The notes: generated from the sequence alone by a model not told the origin. Shown: positions 19,398 to 28,839, counted from the first letter of the stretch. The stretch: 63,607 nucleotides of DNA from an uncultured Candidatus Saccharibacteria bacterium (GCA_964420015.1 CAYQPO010000003.1:1-63607), one strand, 5' to 3'. A program made the numbers and translations.

Positions 19398-20114
19398 TTA
19401 TATACTCGCGAGTCTTATAATAACGTACAAAGTAGAGACGCCAGCGATTGTCATTACTGTAGTCCAACGCACAGGATGGGAATGGTAGCTTTCTGGGATA
19501 AGGTCACTTGCGCCAATGTAGAGAAAGAAACCAGAGAAAAGTGCCAGTAGGAGTCCGAGCTTATCTTCTGGCAAAACGAAAAAGAATGTCGAGAGCACAC
19601 CGACAACAGGAGCGATTGCATCAACGAGTAGCCACCGAAACGCCTTCCTCTTATCTCCTTTGTTTTTGAGTACAAGATTGACCGTATTGATTCCGTCTGA
19701 AAAATCGTGGGTGAGGACGGCAGCAGCCACAATTGCGCCAACGGTCGCTGAGACTTGAAATGCCAACCCTATACCTACACCATCAAGAAAGCTATGAAAG
19801 GAGAGACTTCCTGCGCCAGCATTTCCACGGCGTTCATCGCCGCCATCGTGCATAGTATGACCGTGCAAAAGTATGAATCGGTCGAGAACCAGATAAGTTG
19901 AGAAGCCGATTACCAGTACCGTAAGTACTGTTAGGTCGGAATACGCTTTTCCAGCCAAATCTAATGCTTCTGGTAGGAGGTCGAAAAAAGCAACTGCAAG
20001 AATCGCCCCAGCACTAAACCCAAGAATCAAATGCAACCTATCTTTTAGGTAGAGTGCAAATGAACCGCCGATGAGTGTCGAAAAGAATGTTGCTATCGTG
20101 ATAAGGACGACCAT
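19398..20114 (-). CDS. ZIP-family zinc/metal transporter
   Basis: GFSAGAIL..AFFDLLPEA, FHSFLDG, THDFSDG, GFFLYI...DLIPE. Confidence 0.9.
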   Translation of the reverse strand: MVVLITIATFFSTLIGGSFALYLKDRLHLILGFSAGAILAVAFFDLLPEALDLAGKAYSDLTVLTVLVIGFSTYLVLDRFILLHGHTMHDGGDERRGNAGAGSLSFHSFLDGVGIGLAFQVSATVGAIVAAAVLTHDFSDGINTVNLVLKNKGDKRKAFRWLLVDAIAPVVGVLSTFFFVLPEDKLGLLLALFSGFFLYIGASDLIPESYHSHPVRWTTVMTIAGVSTLYVIIRLASI

Positions 20115-20118
20115 ATTT

Positions 20119-20556
20119 TTATGCTCTCGGACAGCTTGCGCAGAGTCCGAAAAACTCTAAGTTATGCGAATAAATGCTTTTGAATCGTCTTGAAGCTTGC
20201 GTCATCTGCCCGTGCAGTTTATCGACGGAACATTTTTCAATGTCCTCAACTGCGCCGCAGTCGGTGCAGATGATGTGGTGGTGATGCGGTCGTTCGGGTG
20301 TGTACTCGAAATGTGCAGTGCCAGTATTGAGGTCAACGCGCCTAACGACATGTGCGTCCGCGAGGTCACTCAGAGTTCTATAAAGAGTTGTTTGATTAGG
20401 TAAATCCTCTTTCCACGACCCCAATATACGTTGAATTGAAAGAGGCTTTTCAGCTCTATATAGCAATTTCAGGAGTTTTATTCTTGGAGTTGTAATGCGA
20501 AACCCTTTAGCACGAAGCTGCTCTCGGATAAATACCTCTGTGTCTTTAGTGTCCAT
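20119..20556 (-). CDS. Fur/Zur-family transcriptional repressor
   Basis: RITTPR, TLYRTL, HHHHIICTDCG, GLCASC. Confidence 0.93.
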   Translation of the reverse strand: MDTKDTEVFIREQLRAKGFRITTPRIKLLKLLYRAEKPLSIQRILGSWKEDLPNQTTLYRTLSDLADAHVVRRVDLNTGTAHFEYTPERPHHHHIICTDCGAVEDIEKCSVDKLHGQMTQASRRFKSIYSHNLEFFGLCASCPRA

Positions 20557-20600
20557 TCCTTCAATATATACTAATGCAAATTATTTGCAATAGCAAAAAC

Positions 20601-21734
20601 CTAGTGGTGATGTTGGTGAGCTTCCTGTTTTGCCATTTCTTTGCCGTGCAGCATATACGAAGCAATGAGCGTGGTGATTGGAACCCCTAAAATAAGACCA
20701 ATACTGCCAATGAGAATGCGGACGATTTCTGTAGAAAATATCTCGTTGTTTATCATAAATGCGACCCCTGTAGTGGAGCTTTGAATTAGCAAGAGAATAG
20801 GCAAGGAAGCCCCCACATAGGCGATTGCGAGCGTATTCACCAATGCCCCTATGTGCTCTCTCCCTATCCGAATTGCCCTTTTGTATATCTCTGGTCGTGT
20901 GAGGTGTTTGCCGATGCTCAATAATTCTTCAACGGCTATAGCTTGCCCGATAGCAATATCGTATAGCACACCGAGCAAACCAATCATAATGCCCCCAAAT
21001 AAAAGGCCGACCATATCTATCTTCCCCCGCGTATCGAAGTTTAGGTAAACATTTTCTTCAGTCGTATAACCTGAAAGATGGGCGGCGTGCACCGTCCACC
21101 ACGCACCGAGACCTGTGATGACCACGGTAAGAATCATTCCCAGTACAGCCGCTGTAGTAGTGCGGTTGAAGCCGTGCGTAATATACGAACCCACAATTAT
21201 TATGAGAGAAGATACCCCAATACTTACAAGAATTGCTGAGTAGCCGTGATAAATGCCTGGTATGAGTAAATAAAAAATAAGTACAAAGCTTCCGCACAAA
21301 CTTGCGAGACCCCGAACACCCTGCCATCCACCGAAAATAAAAATGAGAGCGATAAAGACAAAGGCTAGTATTCCAAGAACATTTAGTCGATACGGGTCAG
21401 ACACCGACCAAAAATCTGTACCGTCGAGCTGATTGGTTTCGTGACGGGCGTAGAATATATCGCCGACCTGAAGTTGAATATAATCGTTATCAAATGTCAC
21501 TACTTTTCCTTTATCAACACCATCAAGTATCTCGGTTTTTAGTGTCTCAGTTTGTGTTGGCGTGTCTGTGCCAGGCACGGTTGTTGTATGTTGGTTTTGA
21601 ACTTCAAGCACACGCGCCTTTTCAAAGTCCTGCGTATCAGCAACAACATTTGTCTGCGCGTGAGAGACGAGCGGAAAGATGATAGAAAAGACTAACAAAA
21701 TAAAAAAATGTGGAAGTTTGAATCGCAGCATCAC
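20601..21734 (-). CDS. YibE/F-family membrane protein with His-rich tail
   Basis: G.LYDIAI.Q...V.EL, GREHIGALVNTLAIAYVGASLP, EIVRILIGSIG; ends HQHHH. Confidence 0.88.
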   Translation of the reverse strand: MMLRFKLPHFFILLVFSIIFPLVSHAQTNVVADTQDFEKARVLEVQNQHTTTVPGTDTPTQTETLKTEILDGVDKGKVVTFDNDYIQLQVGDIFYARHETNQLDGTDFWSVSDPYRLNVLGILAFVFIALIFIFGGWQGVRGLASLCGSFVLIFYLLIPGIYHGYSAILVSIGVSSLIIIVGSYITHGFNRTTTAAVLGMILTVVITGLGAWWTVHAAHLSGYTTEENVYLNFDTRGKIDMVGLLFGGIMIGLLGVLYDIAIGQAIAVEELLSIGKHLTRPEIYKRAIRIGREHIGALVNTLAIAYVGASLPILLLIQSSTTGVAFMINNEIFSTEIVRILIGSIGLILGVPITTLIASYMLHGKEMAKQEAHQHHH

Positions 21735-21817
21735 GTTTTAGTATACTCTCCACAAACAGGGATTTCTAATTGCCCTATATAGGGCAAAATAGCTACAAAT
21801 CGGCTACAATGCTGATT

Positions 21818-22684
21818 ATGGCGAGACGATATAGAAACTACAGACGTGCGGACTCTGATGGCGACATTGTAAATATCGTCGCCTCAATTTTTGGCCTCTA
21901 CGCGATGTATCTCCTGCTGCTCTATTTCACCAATCGTGCAGAGTTTTGGAGGTGGACAGTTTATGGTGCTCTGGCAGTCATAGCGATTTTTGCTCTTGCT
22001 CTCGCGTTTGTAAAAGTGAAAGCTGCGACGAAAGAGAGGCATCTTCAAAAGCTGCTTGCGACTGTACGGCAGGCTGGAATGGAAGACCAGCTCAAAAACT
22101 TTTTCATCCGCTTCGGTATGGGACAGGACAGGAGCAAGAACGCCTGGGAGTATCGCAACTACAAGATTGATTGGAAGCGTTTTCATGAGATGGAGGATAT
22201 CTTGCGCGGCAAGGGCGTGAGGCTCGAAGACAACAAAGACCTTGCTCTTTTGTTGAGACACTACATTGATGAGCGAGAGTTCGGCGTTACTTCCAACAGC
22301 ATCCAGGCGAGCACAAAGAGTTTCAAGGAACTGAACGGCCCTGCATTTGAATCGCTGCTGCTGCGTCTCTACGAGAAGATGGGTTACGCTGTGCAGCACT
22401 CGGGCAAGGTGGGCGACCAGGGCGGCGATTTGGTTGCAACGAAAGGGGCGGAGCGGCTATTGATTCAGGCGAAATGCTACCAGAATATGTCCGTGGGAAA
22501 CGACGCTGTGCAGCAGGCGGTTGCCGCGAAGACGTACTACGACTGCAACAAAGCAGCGGTTGTAACGACCAGCGAGTTTACGCGCGAGGCGGTTGAACTT
22601 GCGAAGTCCAACAACGTTGAGCTGATAGCCAAAACGAGGTTGCAGCAACTCCTACTCGACAACTTATCCGAGAGCTGGGCTTAG
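21818..22684 (+). CDS. Mrr-like restriction endonuclease with two N-terminal TM helices
   Basis: FESLL..LY.KMGY...GDQGGDL...IQAKCY...V...AVQ...A...Y...A.VVT.S.FT..A (PD-QxK Mrr_cat pattern). Start placed after a TACAAT box. Confidence 0.9.
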   Translation: MARRYRNYRRADSDGDIVNIVASIFGLYAMYLLLLYFTNRAEFWRWTVYGALAVIAIFALALAFVKVKAATKERHLQKLLATVRQAGMEDQLKNFFIRFGMGQDRSKNAWEYRNYKIDWKRFHEMEDILRGKGVRLEDNKDLALLLRHYIDEREFGVTSNSIQASTKSFKELNGPAFESLLLRLYEKMGYAVQHSGKVGDQGGDLVATKGAERLLIQAKCYQNMSVGNDAVQQAVAAKTYYDCNKAAVVTTSEFTREAVELAKSNNVELIAKTRLQQLLLDNLSESWA

Positions 22685-22721
22685 GCACAAGAGTTGCAAT
22701 CGTCACTGAAGCCGCAGATAC

Positions 22722-24719
22722 TTGGCTTTGATGAGAACAGACACCCCAAAAATAGACACGGGGCACATTTGTATCGCCCACAAGGAGAAAACGACGCTTG
22801 CTGCGGTTGTTTCCTCGTACTTTGCCGACGAGGGCTACTACCTGCCGCTCTTTTTGTTTCCGAACGTCGGAAGCAACTCAAGTTCCGAAGAAGACGACTT
22901 TCAAGAGGATGGTTATATCGCCAGGCATATCGGCGAGCGGGCGGCGGTGTTGACCAACAACGCGATGGCCAGGATGGATGAGTGCAAAATGGTAATTCTC
23001 GTCGGCCTGTCCGAACACCAAAAGTCCTACCTTCGAATACCACGCAAAATCCCCATCATTGAGGTTGATGATATGAGCCAGGTGGAATCGAAGCTGCTAC
23101 CAATAAGTGAGAAAAAAGAGGTGTTGGAGTGCCGCAGCGACGACGCGCTCAATGCTTTATACATTGCGAAGAAAACTGGGAAGCGGCTCGTTATAAACGA
23201 AGCAGCAGCGATTGAGGTGCCAGCGCTCGAAGACGGTAAAGGTATCATTGTGCTAGAAAAGGGTGAGCAGGCGCTCGCTATCGTCGCGGTGAACTATGCC
23301 TACGCCGTGGACGCAAACTTGCTGCTCGTCGAAGGCTTCAACAAAGAGGATAGGCACGGTGTCGAAAGAAACATCCAAAAGTGGCGCGATAATGGAAGCC
23401 ACAACCAGCTCCAAAAGTGCCTCAACAAGGTCTCGCACCGCATCGGTTCGGTTGCCTTCGACCGATTCAAATACGCAACATTTTTTACAGTCGGCCTGCC
23501 GTACTCGCTCGGGATAAAGAATGTCATCCCGTGCAGCTATGTACAGTTGGCGTTGAGTCCCGACCTGTTTATCGTCAACTCAATACTCTTTGAGAGCGCC
23601 GAGCGTTTCAATTCTGCCGTCGTATTCTCGCCAGGTTTCTTCCAAGACGAGGAGACCAAAAGTGTCTTTGACCTATTCGTCAAAAACAACTATTACGTGC
23701 GCCCACTGGTCAACAATCATGCGACCGTGCGAAATCTGGATTTTCACGCGCAGCACTTCCCGTATGACATTTTGCATATCTGTACGCACGGTGGCGAAGT
23801 TGACGGGTATGCTGTGACAGAAACTTATCGCGATAGGAATGGTGCAGAACACACTGTTGAGTACGATGAGGTGGTAGGCTTTGCGCCTGTCCCTGGCAAA
23901 GACCTGATTGAAGTGCATAGGAAACTCTTTTTCCGAAAGTTTGATGGCTTCGCTTGGATGAGCCCAGAACTGAAAAAACAGAAATATCCAAATTACGTCT
24001 TTGAGGATATGAGAAAGGAGATTTTTCAGAAGGAGGATGTAAAGCCTACTCCTCGAAAGAGCAAGGACAAAATACCGACATCTTGTGCCATTGCGTGCAT
24101 AGATAGTATCCACCAGGGGATGTTCCAAATACTCGCGTCGCACAGCTCGCCGCTCATATTCAACAATGCCTGCTGGTCTTGGTCGGAGGTTTCGACCTTC
24201 TTCCTCTCTAACGGGGCTAGAGGTTACATCGGTACGCTATGGGACATTGAAAACTCGGCAGCGGTTGCGGGCGCAAATGCTTTTTACGGCAACCTGTTCG
24301 ATAAAGGCGTGCTCAACGCATTCTTCGAGAGCATAAAAGCCGTGCGAGGCACCGATGCGGAGAATATCTATGTGTACTGGGGCTTACACTTTAGTACCCT
24401 CGACCGAGGGACGAGCTACGAAGAGAGCAGAAGCAGGGTTTTCAGAGAATTGATTCGCTCTTTTTTCGCCTGGCTAGAAAAGGTGAAGACAATCAAAAAT
24501 CAAACGATAAAGAAAAACTCCATCGAAGTGGTCAGGAGCATCCACACTGAAATCCTCAACAACTTCAAACCGCGTGACCTCGAAAAGCTCGACGCCGAAA
24601 TAAGGCGGCGAATGGCCGAGCTACCACAGCAAACACGGTCATCCAGCGAGGGCGACCGAGAGCTGCTCCAAGACATAGCGTCAATCGAGCCGCCTGTTGA
24701 ATATCGAAAGGCGGATTAG
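22722..24719 (+). CDS. Caspase-hemoglobinase-fold (CHAT/C25-like) cysteine protease with uncharacterised N-terminal region
   Basis: DILHICTHGG (His), PLIFNNACWS (Cys), GARGYIGTLWDIE...AFY CHAT-type C-terminal motif. Confidence 0.8.
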   Translation: MALMRTDTPKIDTGHICIAHKEKTTLAAVVSSYFADEGYYLPLFLFPNVGSNSSSEEDDFQEDGYIARHIGERAAVLTNNAMARMDECKMVILVGLSEHQKSYLRIPRKIPIIEVDDMSQVESKLLPISEKKEVLECRSDDALNALYIAKKTGKRLVINEAAAIEVPALEDGKGIIVLEKGEQALAIVAVNYAYAVDANLLLVEGFNKEDRHGVERNIQKWRDNGSHNQLQKCLNKVSHRIGSVAFDRFKYATFFTVGLPYSLGIKNVIPCSYVQLALSPDLFIVNSILFESAERFNSAVVFSPGFFQDEETKSVFDLFVKNNYYVRPLVNNHATVRNLDFHAQHFPYDILHICTHGGEVDGYAVTETYRDRNGAEHTVEYDEVVGFAPVPGKDLIEVHRKLFFRKFDGFAWMSPELKKQKYPNYVFEDMRKEIFQKEDVKPTPRKSKDKIPTSCAIACIDSIHQGMFQILASHSSPLIFNNACWSWSEVSTFFLSNGARGYIGTLWDIENSAAVAGANAFYGNLFDKGVLNAFFESIKAVRGTDAENIYVYWGLHFSTLDRGTSYEESRSRVFRELIRSFFAWLEKVKTIKNQTIKKNSIEVVRSIHTEILNNFKPRDLEKLDAEIRRRMAELPQQTRSSSEGDRELLQDIASIEPPVEYRKAD

Positions 24720-24809
24720 TTCGTAGGTACTAGCGCCCGTAATTCTTGCAAGCTCAAGCCGATGGCGGCTCGGTATTGTCCGAGTTCGGAAAGCCACGTA
24801 AACTGGTCA

Positions 24810-25184
24810 CTAGTTTCCGGGGATTACAAATTGCGCAACGAGGCCGATGACCGCGCCGATCGAGAGGACCCCGCCGATGAGTGTGATGCGTTTGACCGTG
24901 CCAACATTATTGATATGGAGGAAATAGGCTAGTATCAAAAGGAGAAAAAAGTAGAGCGAACTCATAAAATACCAATCGAACACTTGCAGCACTGCGATCA
25001 GAGTTTTAGAAATATGCGGATCGTTGAAGACGCGCGTCTGGAGCCAAAAGTGGATCGCATCGGTCGGGTCGGGTGCCAGCTCGCCGAGCGCCGCGCCGAG
25101 CAAAAAGATCCCCACCGGTGTTTTGAGAAACTTTTTCTCCGGTGTTAAATACCACCCCTTTGCGTGCTCGATTAGTCTTGCCAT
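24810..25184 (-). CDS. Hypothetical membrane protein
   Basis: 124 aa with three hydrophobic segments; its stop codon lies at the inferred element boundary. Confidence 0.7.
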   Translation of the reverse strand: MARLIEHAKGWYLTPEKKFLKTPVGIFLLGAALGELAPDPTDAIHFWLQTRVFNDPHISKTLIAVLQVFDWYFMSSLYFFLLLILAYFLHINNVGTVKRITLIGGVLSIGAVIGLVAQFVIPGN

Positions 25185-25229
25185 GTCGCTATTGTACAGC
25201 CAAGCCTGACCCCGCTGTAGGCTTTAGAG

Positions 25230-26210
25230 CTACTGCTGTTCGTGATAGGTATAGACCAGTGTAGAGATATCGCGGATTTCTTGGGCGAGCGTCTCAAAGT
25301 TGCTCCCGCGTGTCATCACACACAAAAGGTATGCGTCGTCGGTGTAGACGATGCCGCAGTCGTGCAGCTCTACCCCCAAGGGCGCCCCGGCGGGGCTCAC
25401 AAACTTCCGTTCGCCAAATTTTTGGGCGACCATGGTCGAACTCGCCACACCCCCACGCAGCCCATAGGGGAACGAAGCTTTACTCATGAGCTCGAGTGCC
25501 TTTTGAGAATTGGTGCGACTTAAATACGTGGCGTTATAGAAAATGCGCAAAAAGTTAGAGTACGTTTGAGGCGACATGATGTCACCGAGACTTGTGGGCA
25601 ATTGTATGTCGAGGCTTAGATAAATCTTGTTGAGAGCTTCTTGGGGGATCGAGTCGAGGTCGAGTAGTCTGGCGGCGTTATTGTCTGAGTACTCGATCAT
25701 GTAGGTGAGCAGCTCCTCGATGCTGTAGGAGTGACCAGCCTGGATACTTGCCGTGGGCTGGTAGTATTCAGCCTTATTGTCGTCGAAGCTGCCGTCGTAA
25801 TAAATCTCTTTTTGTAAAAAGCCCGGGTGCTCGTCTGCATAGCGCAGCGTTGCTGCAAGCGTGGGCACTTTAAGCATGCTCGCAGGCGAAAACTCTTTTT
25901 CTTGGTTAACTCCGGCCCAGGAGCCACGCACGTTGGGGCCACCCAGGCTCAAATAATAGACCCCAACCTCTTGCTCTTTTGCCCCTGCAATATATTGTGC
26001 GAGCTTTTTGCTGAGAGTTGTGTCCTCTTTGCGCGACTCGGTGACGTTGTTGTTGCACAGAAGCACCGGATTAATAAGCGAGTAGCCCTTTTCGCGCAAG
26101 ACCGTGTTTTGTGCCAGGTTGGGCGCGCTCGTGCGGCCTGCAAACACCCCCATGCCAAAAGCCGCGACAAGCCCCAGCGCTACAAGACCACGGGCTTGGA
26201 GCGTACTCAT
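25230..26210 (-). CDS. Class A beta-lactamase-like serine hydrolase
   Basis: ASMLK (SxxK), SDN, KFG at the KTG position, HDCGIVY; N-terminal TM. Confidence 0.88.
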   Translation of the reverse strand: MSTLQARGLVALGLVAAFGMGVFAGRTSAPNLAQNTVLREKGYSLINPVLLCNNNVTESRKEDTTLSKKLAQYIAGAKEQEVGVYYLSLGGPNVRGSWAGVNQEKEFSPASMLKVPTLAATLRYADEHPGFLQKEIYYDGSFDDNKAEYYQPTASIQAGHSYSIEELLTYMIEYSDNNAARLLDLDSIPQEALNKIYLSLDIQLPTSLGDIMSPQTYSNFLRIFYNATYLSRTNSQKALELMSKASFPYGLRGGVASSTMVAQKFGERKFVSPAGAPLGVELHDCGIVYTDDAYLLCVMTRGSNFETLAQEIRDISTLVYTYHEQQ

Positions 26211-27145
26211 GTGGTGTGTAAACCGTCCGCTTTGAGTACGTAATACAGATCTTCGAGCGCTTTGATTGCATCGCCCGCGGCAATGTTGTTTTGGTGGTAC
26301 AGGCCGTCTGAGCAGTCGCCCGCAGCCCAGATGCCCATTTGAGAGCTGCGCTGTGTTTTAGGGTCTACCTTAATTTTGCCCATCTCGTCCATCTCCACTA
26401 AGCCTCTTGCAAACTCGGTGCCCGGCAGCATGCCTATTTCGACAAACACTCCTGTCACAGGCAACGTGCGCATTGTATCGGTAGTCAAGTCTTTGACCGC
26501 AAGTGCGGTAACAAACTTGTCACCCAACACCTCAGTGGGCTCAGCGCTAGTGATGGTGTGCATGTTGGGGTGGGAGAGTACCGCGTCGACCGTTGCTTTG
26601 TCGGCGCGCACAAAGTCTGGGTGACGATGGATAAGCGTGACCGATTTGCAGTAGGCGAGCAGCTGTGCAGCAGTCTCGAACCCCGCATTGCCACCGCCGA
26701 CGACCGCTACATCTTGCCCGGCAAAGAGCGGGCCGTCGCAAGAGGCGCAGTAGGTGAGCCCACGGTGCTCAAATTTTTCAGCGTTTTTTGCGGAGAGTTT
26801 TTTGCGTATGCCACCGGTAGTGATGAGGACTGCTTGAGCCATATAATTTGTGGCGGTAGTTTGGACAGAAAAGCTCCCTTGGTTTTTGGTGATGCCCGTT
26901 GCGCGCTCGCCCAGTTTGAGCTCAAGCACGTCACCTGCATATTCGCGCAGATGGCTCTCGAGCTGTTTGGCCATCTGCATGCCAGAGATGTGCGGCGTGC
27001 CGATCCAGTTTTGTACATCTAGGCTGTCGGTCGATTGGCCACCAATGGTCTCGGCAATCAGGATGGTTTTGAGGCGCTTGCGCGCGGCGTAGACTCCCGC
27101 GGCGGCCCCGGCGGGGCCGCCGCCTATGATTGCCAAATCATACAT
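26207..27145 (-). CDS. trxB: Thioredoxin-disulfide reductase
   Basis: GGGPAG, YCASCDG, VGGGNAG, AAGD. Confidence 0.9.
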   Translation of the reverse strand: MYDLAIIGGGPAGAAAGVYAARKRLKTILIAETIGGQSTDSLDVQNWIGTPHISGMQMAKQLESHLREYAGDVLELKLGERATGITKNQGSFSVQTTATNYMAQAVLITTGGIRKKLSAKNAEKFEHRGLTYCASCDGPLFAGQDVAVVGGGNAGFETAAQLLAYCKSVTLIHRHPDFVRADKATVDAVLSHPNMHTITSAEPTEVLGDKFVTALAVKDLTTDTMRTLPVTGVFVEIGMLPGTEFARGLVEMDEMGKIKVDPKTQRSSQMGIWAAGDCSDGLYHQNNIAAGDAIKALEDLYYVLKADGLHTT

Positions 27146-27170
27146 AACTGTATTCTAACGCACTGTCCCC

Positions 27171-27199
27171 TTGCTGCAAAAGTGGGGCAGAGTTACTGT
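27171..27199 (+). promoter_or_regulatory. Candidate sigma70 promoter for dnaA
   Basis: TTGCTG-N17-TACTGT; AAGGAG SD precedes the ATG at 27310. Confidence 0.4.
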
Positions 27200-27309
27200 G
27201 GTGTGCGGAAGGCCTTAGAAACTACTCGCGTTTTTGTGTTCGGCCTAGCCCCATAAAAACACCTGACTGGAAGTGGTTTAACCCAAACAGACGACAAGGA
27301 GTTTTGCAG

Positions 27310-28782
27310 ATGACAAGTCCCGACCAAGAATGTTGGCACCGAGTCAAGGAGCGTCTCCGAGCTGAAGTGGGCGAGGACATCTTCGTGTCCTGGTTCAAGA
27401 GCATGGAGTTGGACAAAGTTACCAACAGTGCTGGACCCGAAGGCAAGAACTACGTGGCGAGCGTCACGGTCCCTACGCGCTTTCTCAAGAGCTGGATCCA
27501 ATCGCATTACATCGGGCGGGTGTTGGCATGCTGGCAGCAAGAACACCCCGACGTCATCAAGGTTGAGATCTTGGTGCGTTCGGCGGTTATTCGCACCATC
27601 CCGCCTAAGGCCCAGGCTCCCGAAGTCTCTGACACCGTGCGGGATGCTCGGCTGCCTCGGCTCGACATTGGCGATTTGCGCGCCGCCTACGCGTCGGTTT
27701 CCAGCGGCCATGACGCACTCGGCGGCTCACCGCTCGATCTGCGGCTGACCTTTGAGAGCTTCGTGGTTGGGCGCTCCAACACGCTCGCCCATGCGGCCGC
27801 CAAGCAGGTGGCCTCTGGGAAGCGCGGAGAGCCGGTGATGTTCAACCCGCTCTACATCCACAGCGGAGTGGGCTTAGGCAAGACGCACCTGCTCCAGGCG
27901 ATCACTTGGGCAGGCAACAGCAAGACCGAGGTGCGTGACGAAGATCGGCGCAAGGTGCTCTACCTCACTGCCGAGAAGTTCATGTTCGGCTTCGTCTCGG
28001 CACTGCGTACACAGACTCACCTCGCGTTCAAAGACGCGCTGCGCGGCATCGACGTCCTGGTCATCGACGACCTGCAGTTTTTAGGCGGGAAGGCGACTCA
28101 GAGCGAGTTCTGCCACACGCTCAATGCACTCATCGACGCTGGCCGCCAGGTGGTGCTGGCAGCCGACCGCTCCCCGCAAGACCTCGACCAACTCGACGAC
28201 CGCGTTCGTTCGCGACTCGCCCGGGGCCTCGTGGTGGAGTTGAGCCTGCACAACGAGGAACTCCGGTTGGAGATCCTCAAGATGCGGGTTGAGGCAGCCA
28301 AGCACTATCACCCCCGGTTTGAGGTGCCGCCGCAAGTGCTCACCTTCATCTCGAGGGCGGTTACGCACAACGGGCGTGATCTCGAGGGTGCGGTCAATCG
28401 TCTGCTCGCCCACAGCAAACTCACCGGGCAGGAGGTGACGATGGAGTTGGCCGAGCGTGAGATGCGTGATCTCATTCGGCCCGCAGAGCCCAAGCGGGTA
28501 AAGATCGAGGACATTCAGCGGATCGTCGGTCGGCAGTACAACATCAGTCGTGCCGACTTGCTTAGCTCCCGCCGAACCGCCAACGTGGTGCGGCCTCGGC
28601 AGGTGGCGATGTACTTGGCCAAGACGCTCACCCTGCGCTCGCTGCCCGAAATTGGGCGACGCTTCGGCGGGCGCGACCACACCACGGTCTTGCACGCGGT
28701 GCGCAAGATCGAGGGGTTGGTCGGCCAAGACACAATGCTCGCCGACGAGATCGAGGTCCTCAAGCGGCAACTGCAGGAGTGA
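27310..28782 (+). CDS. dnaA: Chromosomal replication initiator DnaA, alphaproteobacterial-type, out of normal dnaA-dnaN context
   Basis: [37 protein letters not shown]-like [32 protein letters not shown]. Confidence 0.97.
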   Translation: MTSPDQECWHRVKERLRAEVGEDIFVSWFKSMELDKVTNSAGPEGKNYVASVTVPTRFLKSWIQSHYIGRVLACWQQEHPDVIKVEILVRSAVIRTIPPKAQAPEVSDTVRDARLPRLDIGDLRAAYASVSSGHDALGGSPLDLRLTFESFVVGRSNTLAHAAAKQVASGKRGEPVMFNPLYIHSGVGLGKTHLLQAITWAGNSKTEVRDEDRRKVLYLTAEKFMFGFVSALRTQTHLAFKDALRGIDVLVIDDLQFLGGKATQSEFCHTLNALIDAGRQVVLAADRSPQDLDQLDDRVRSRLARGLVVELSLHNEELRLEILKMRVEAAKHYHPRFEVPPQVLTFISRAVTHNGRDLEGAVNRLLAHSKLTGQEVTMELAEREMRDLIRPAEPKRVKIEDIQRIVGRQYNISRADLLSSRRTANVVRPRQVAMYLAKTLTLRSLPEIGRRFGGRDHTTVLHAVRKIEGLVGQDTMLADEIEVLKRQLQE

Positions 28783-28802
28783 TGGTTCCTGCCACAAACG
28801 AC

Positions 28803-28832
28803 AAAGGGCCCCGCGATTGCGGGGCCCTTTTT
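28803..28832. terminator. Bidirectional terminator between dnaA and ftsZ
   Basis: AAAGGGCCCCGC-GATT-GCGGGGCCCTTTTT. Confidence 0.85.
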
Positions 28833-28839
28833 GTCTGTC

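Larger units (their letters stand above)
12955..24810. mobile_element. Integrative element / satellite-like island with a large serine recombinase, inserted at the tRNA-Glu 3' end
   Basis: Recombinase abuts the tRNA; replication-like and defence-like cargo; GGTCAC at 12955-12960 and 24805-24810; core-type genes resume at 24810. The right boundary is inferred. Confidence 0.75.

Noticed and set aside
24731-24810. Structured ncRNA (SRP, tmRNA) in the gap after the CHAT gene
   Set aside because: No diagnostic motifs; the gap is better explained as the displaced recombinase C-terminus and att site.
25230-26210. Antibiotic-resistance beta-lactamase
   Set aside because: The SxxK/SDN scaffold is present, but this is a widespread serine hydrolase family; activity cannot be inferred from sequence.
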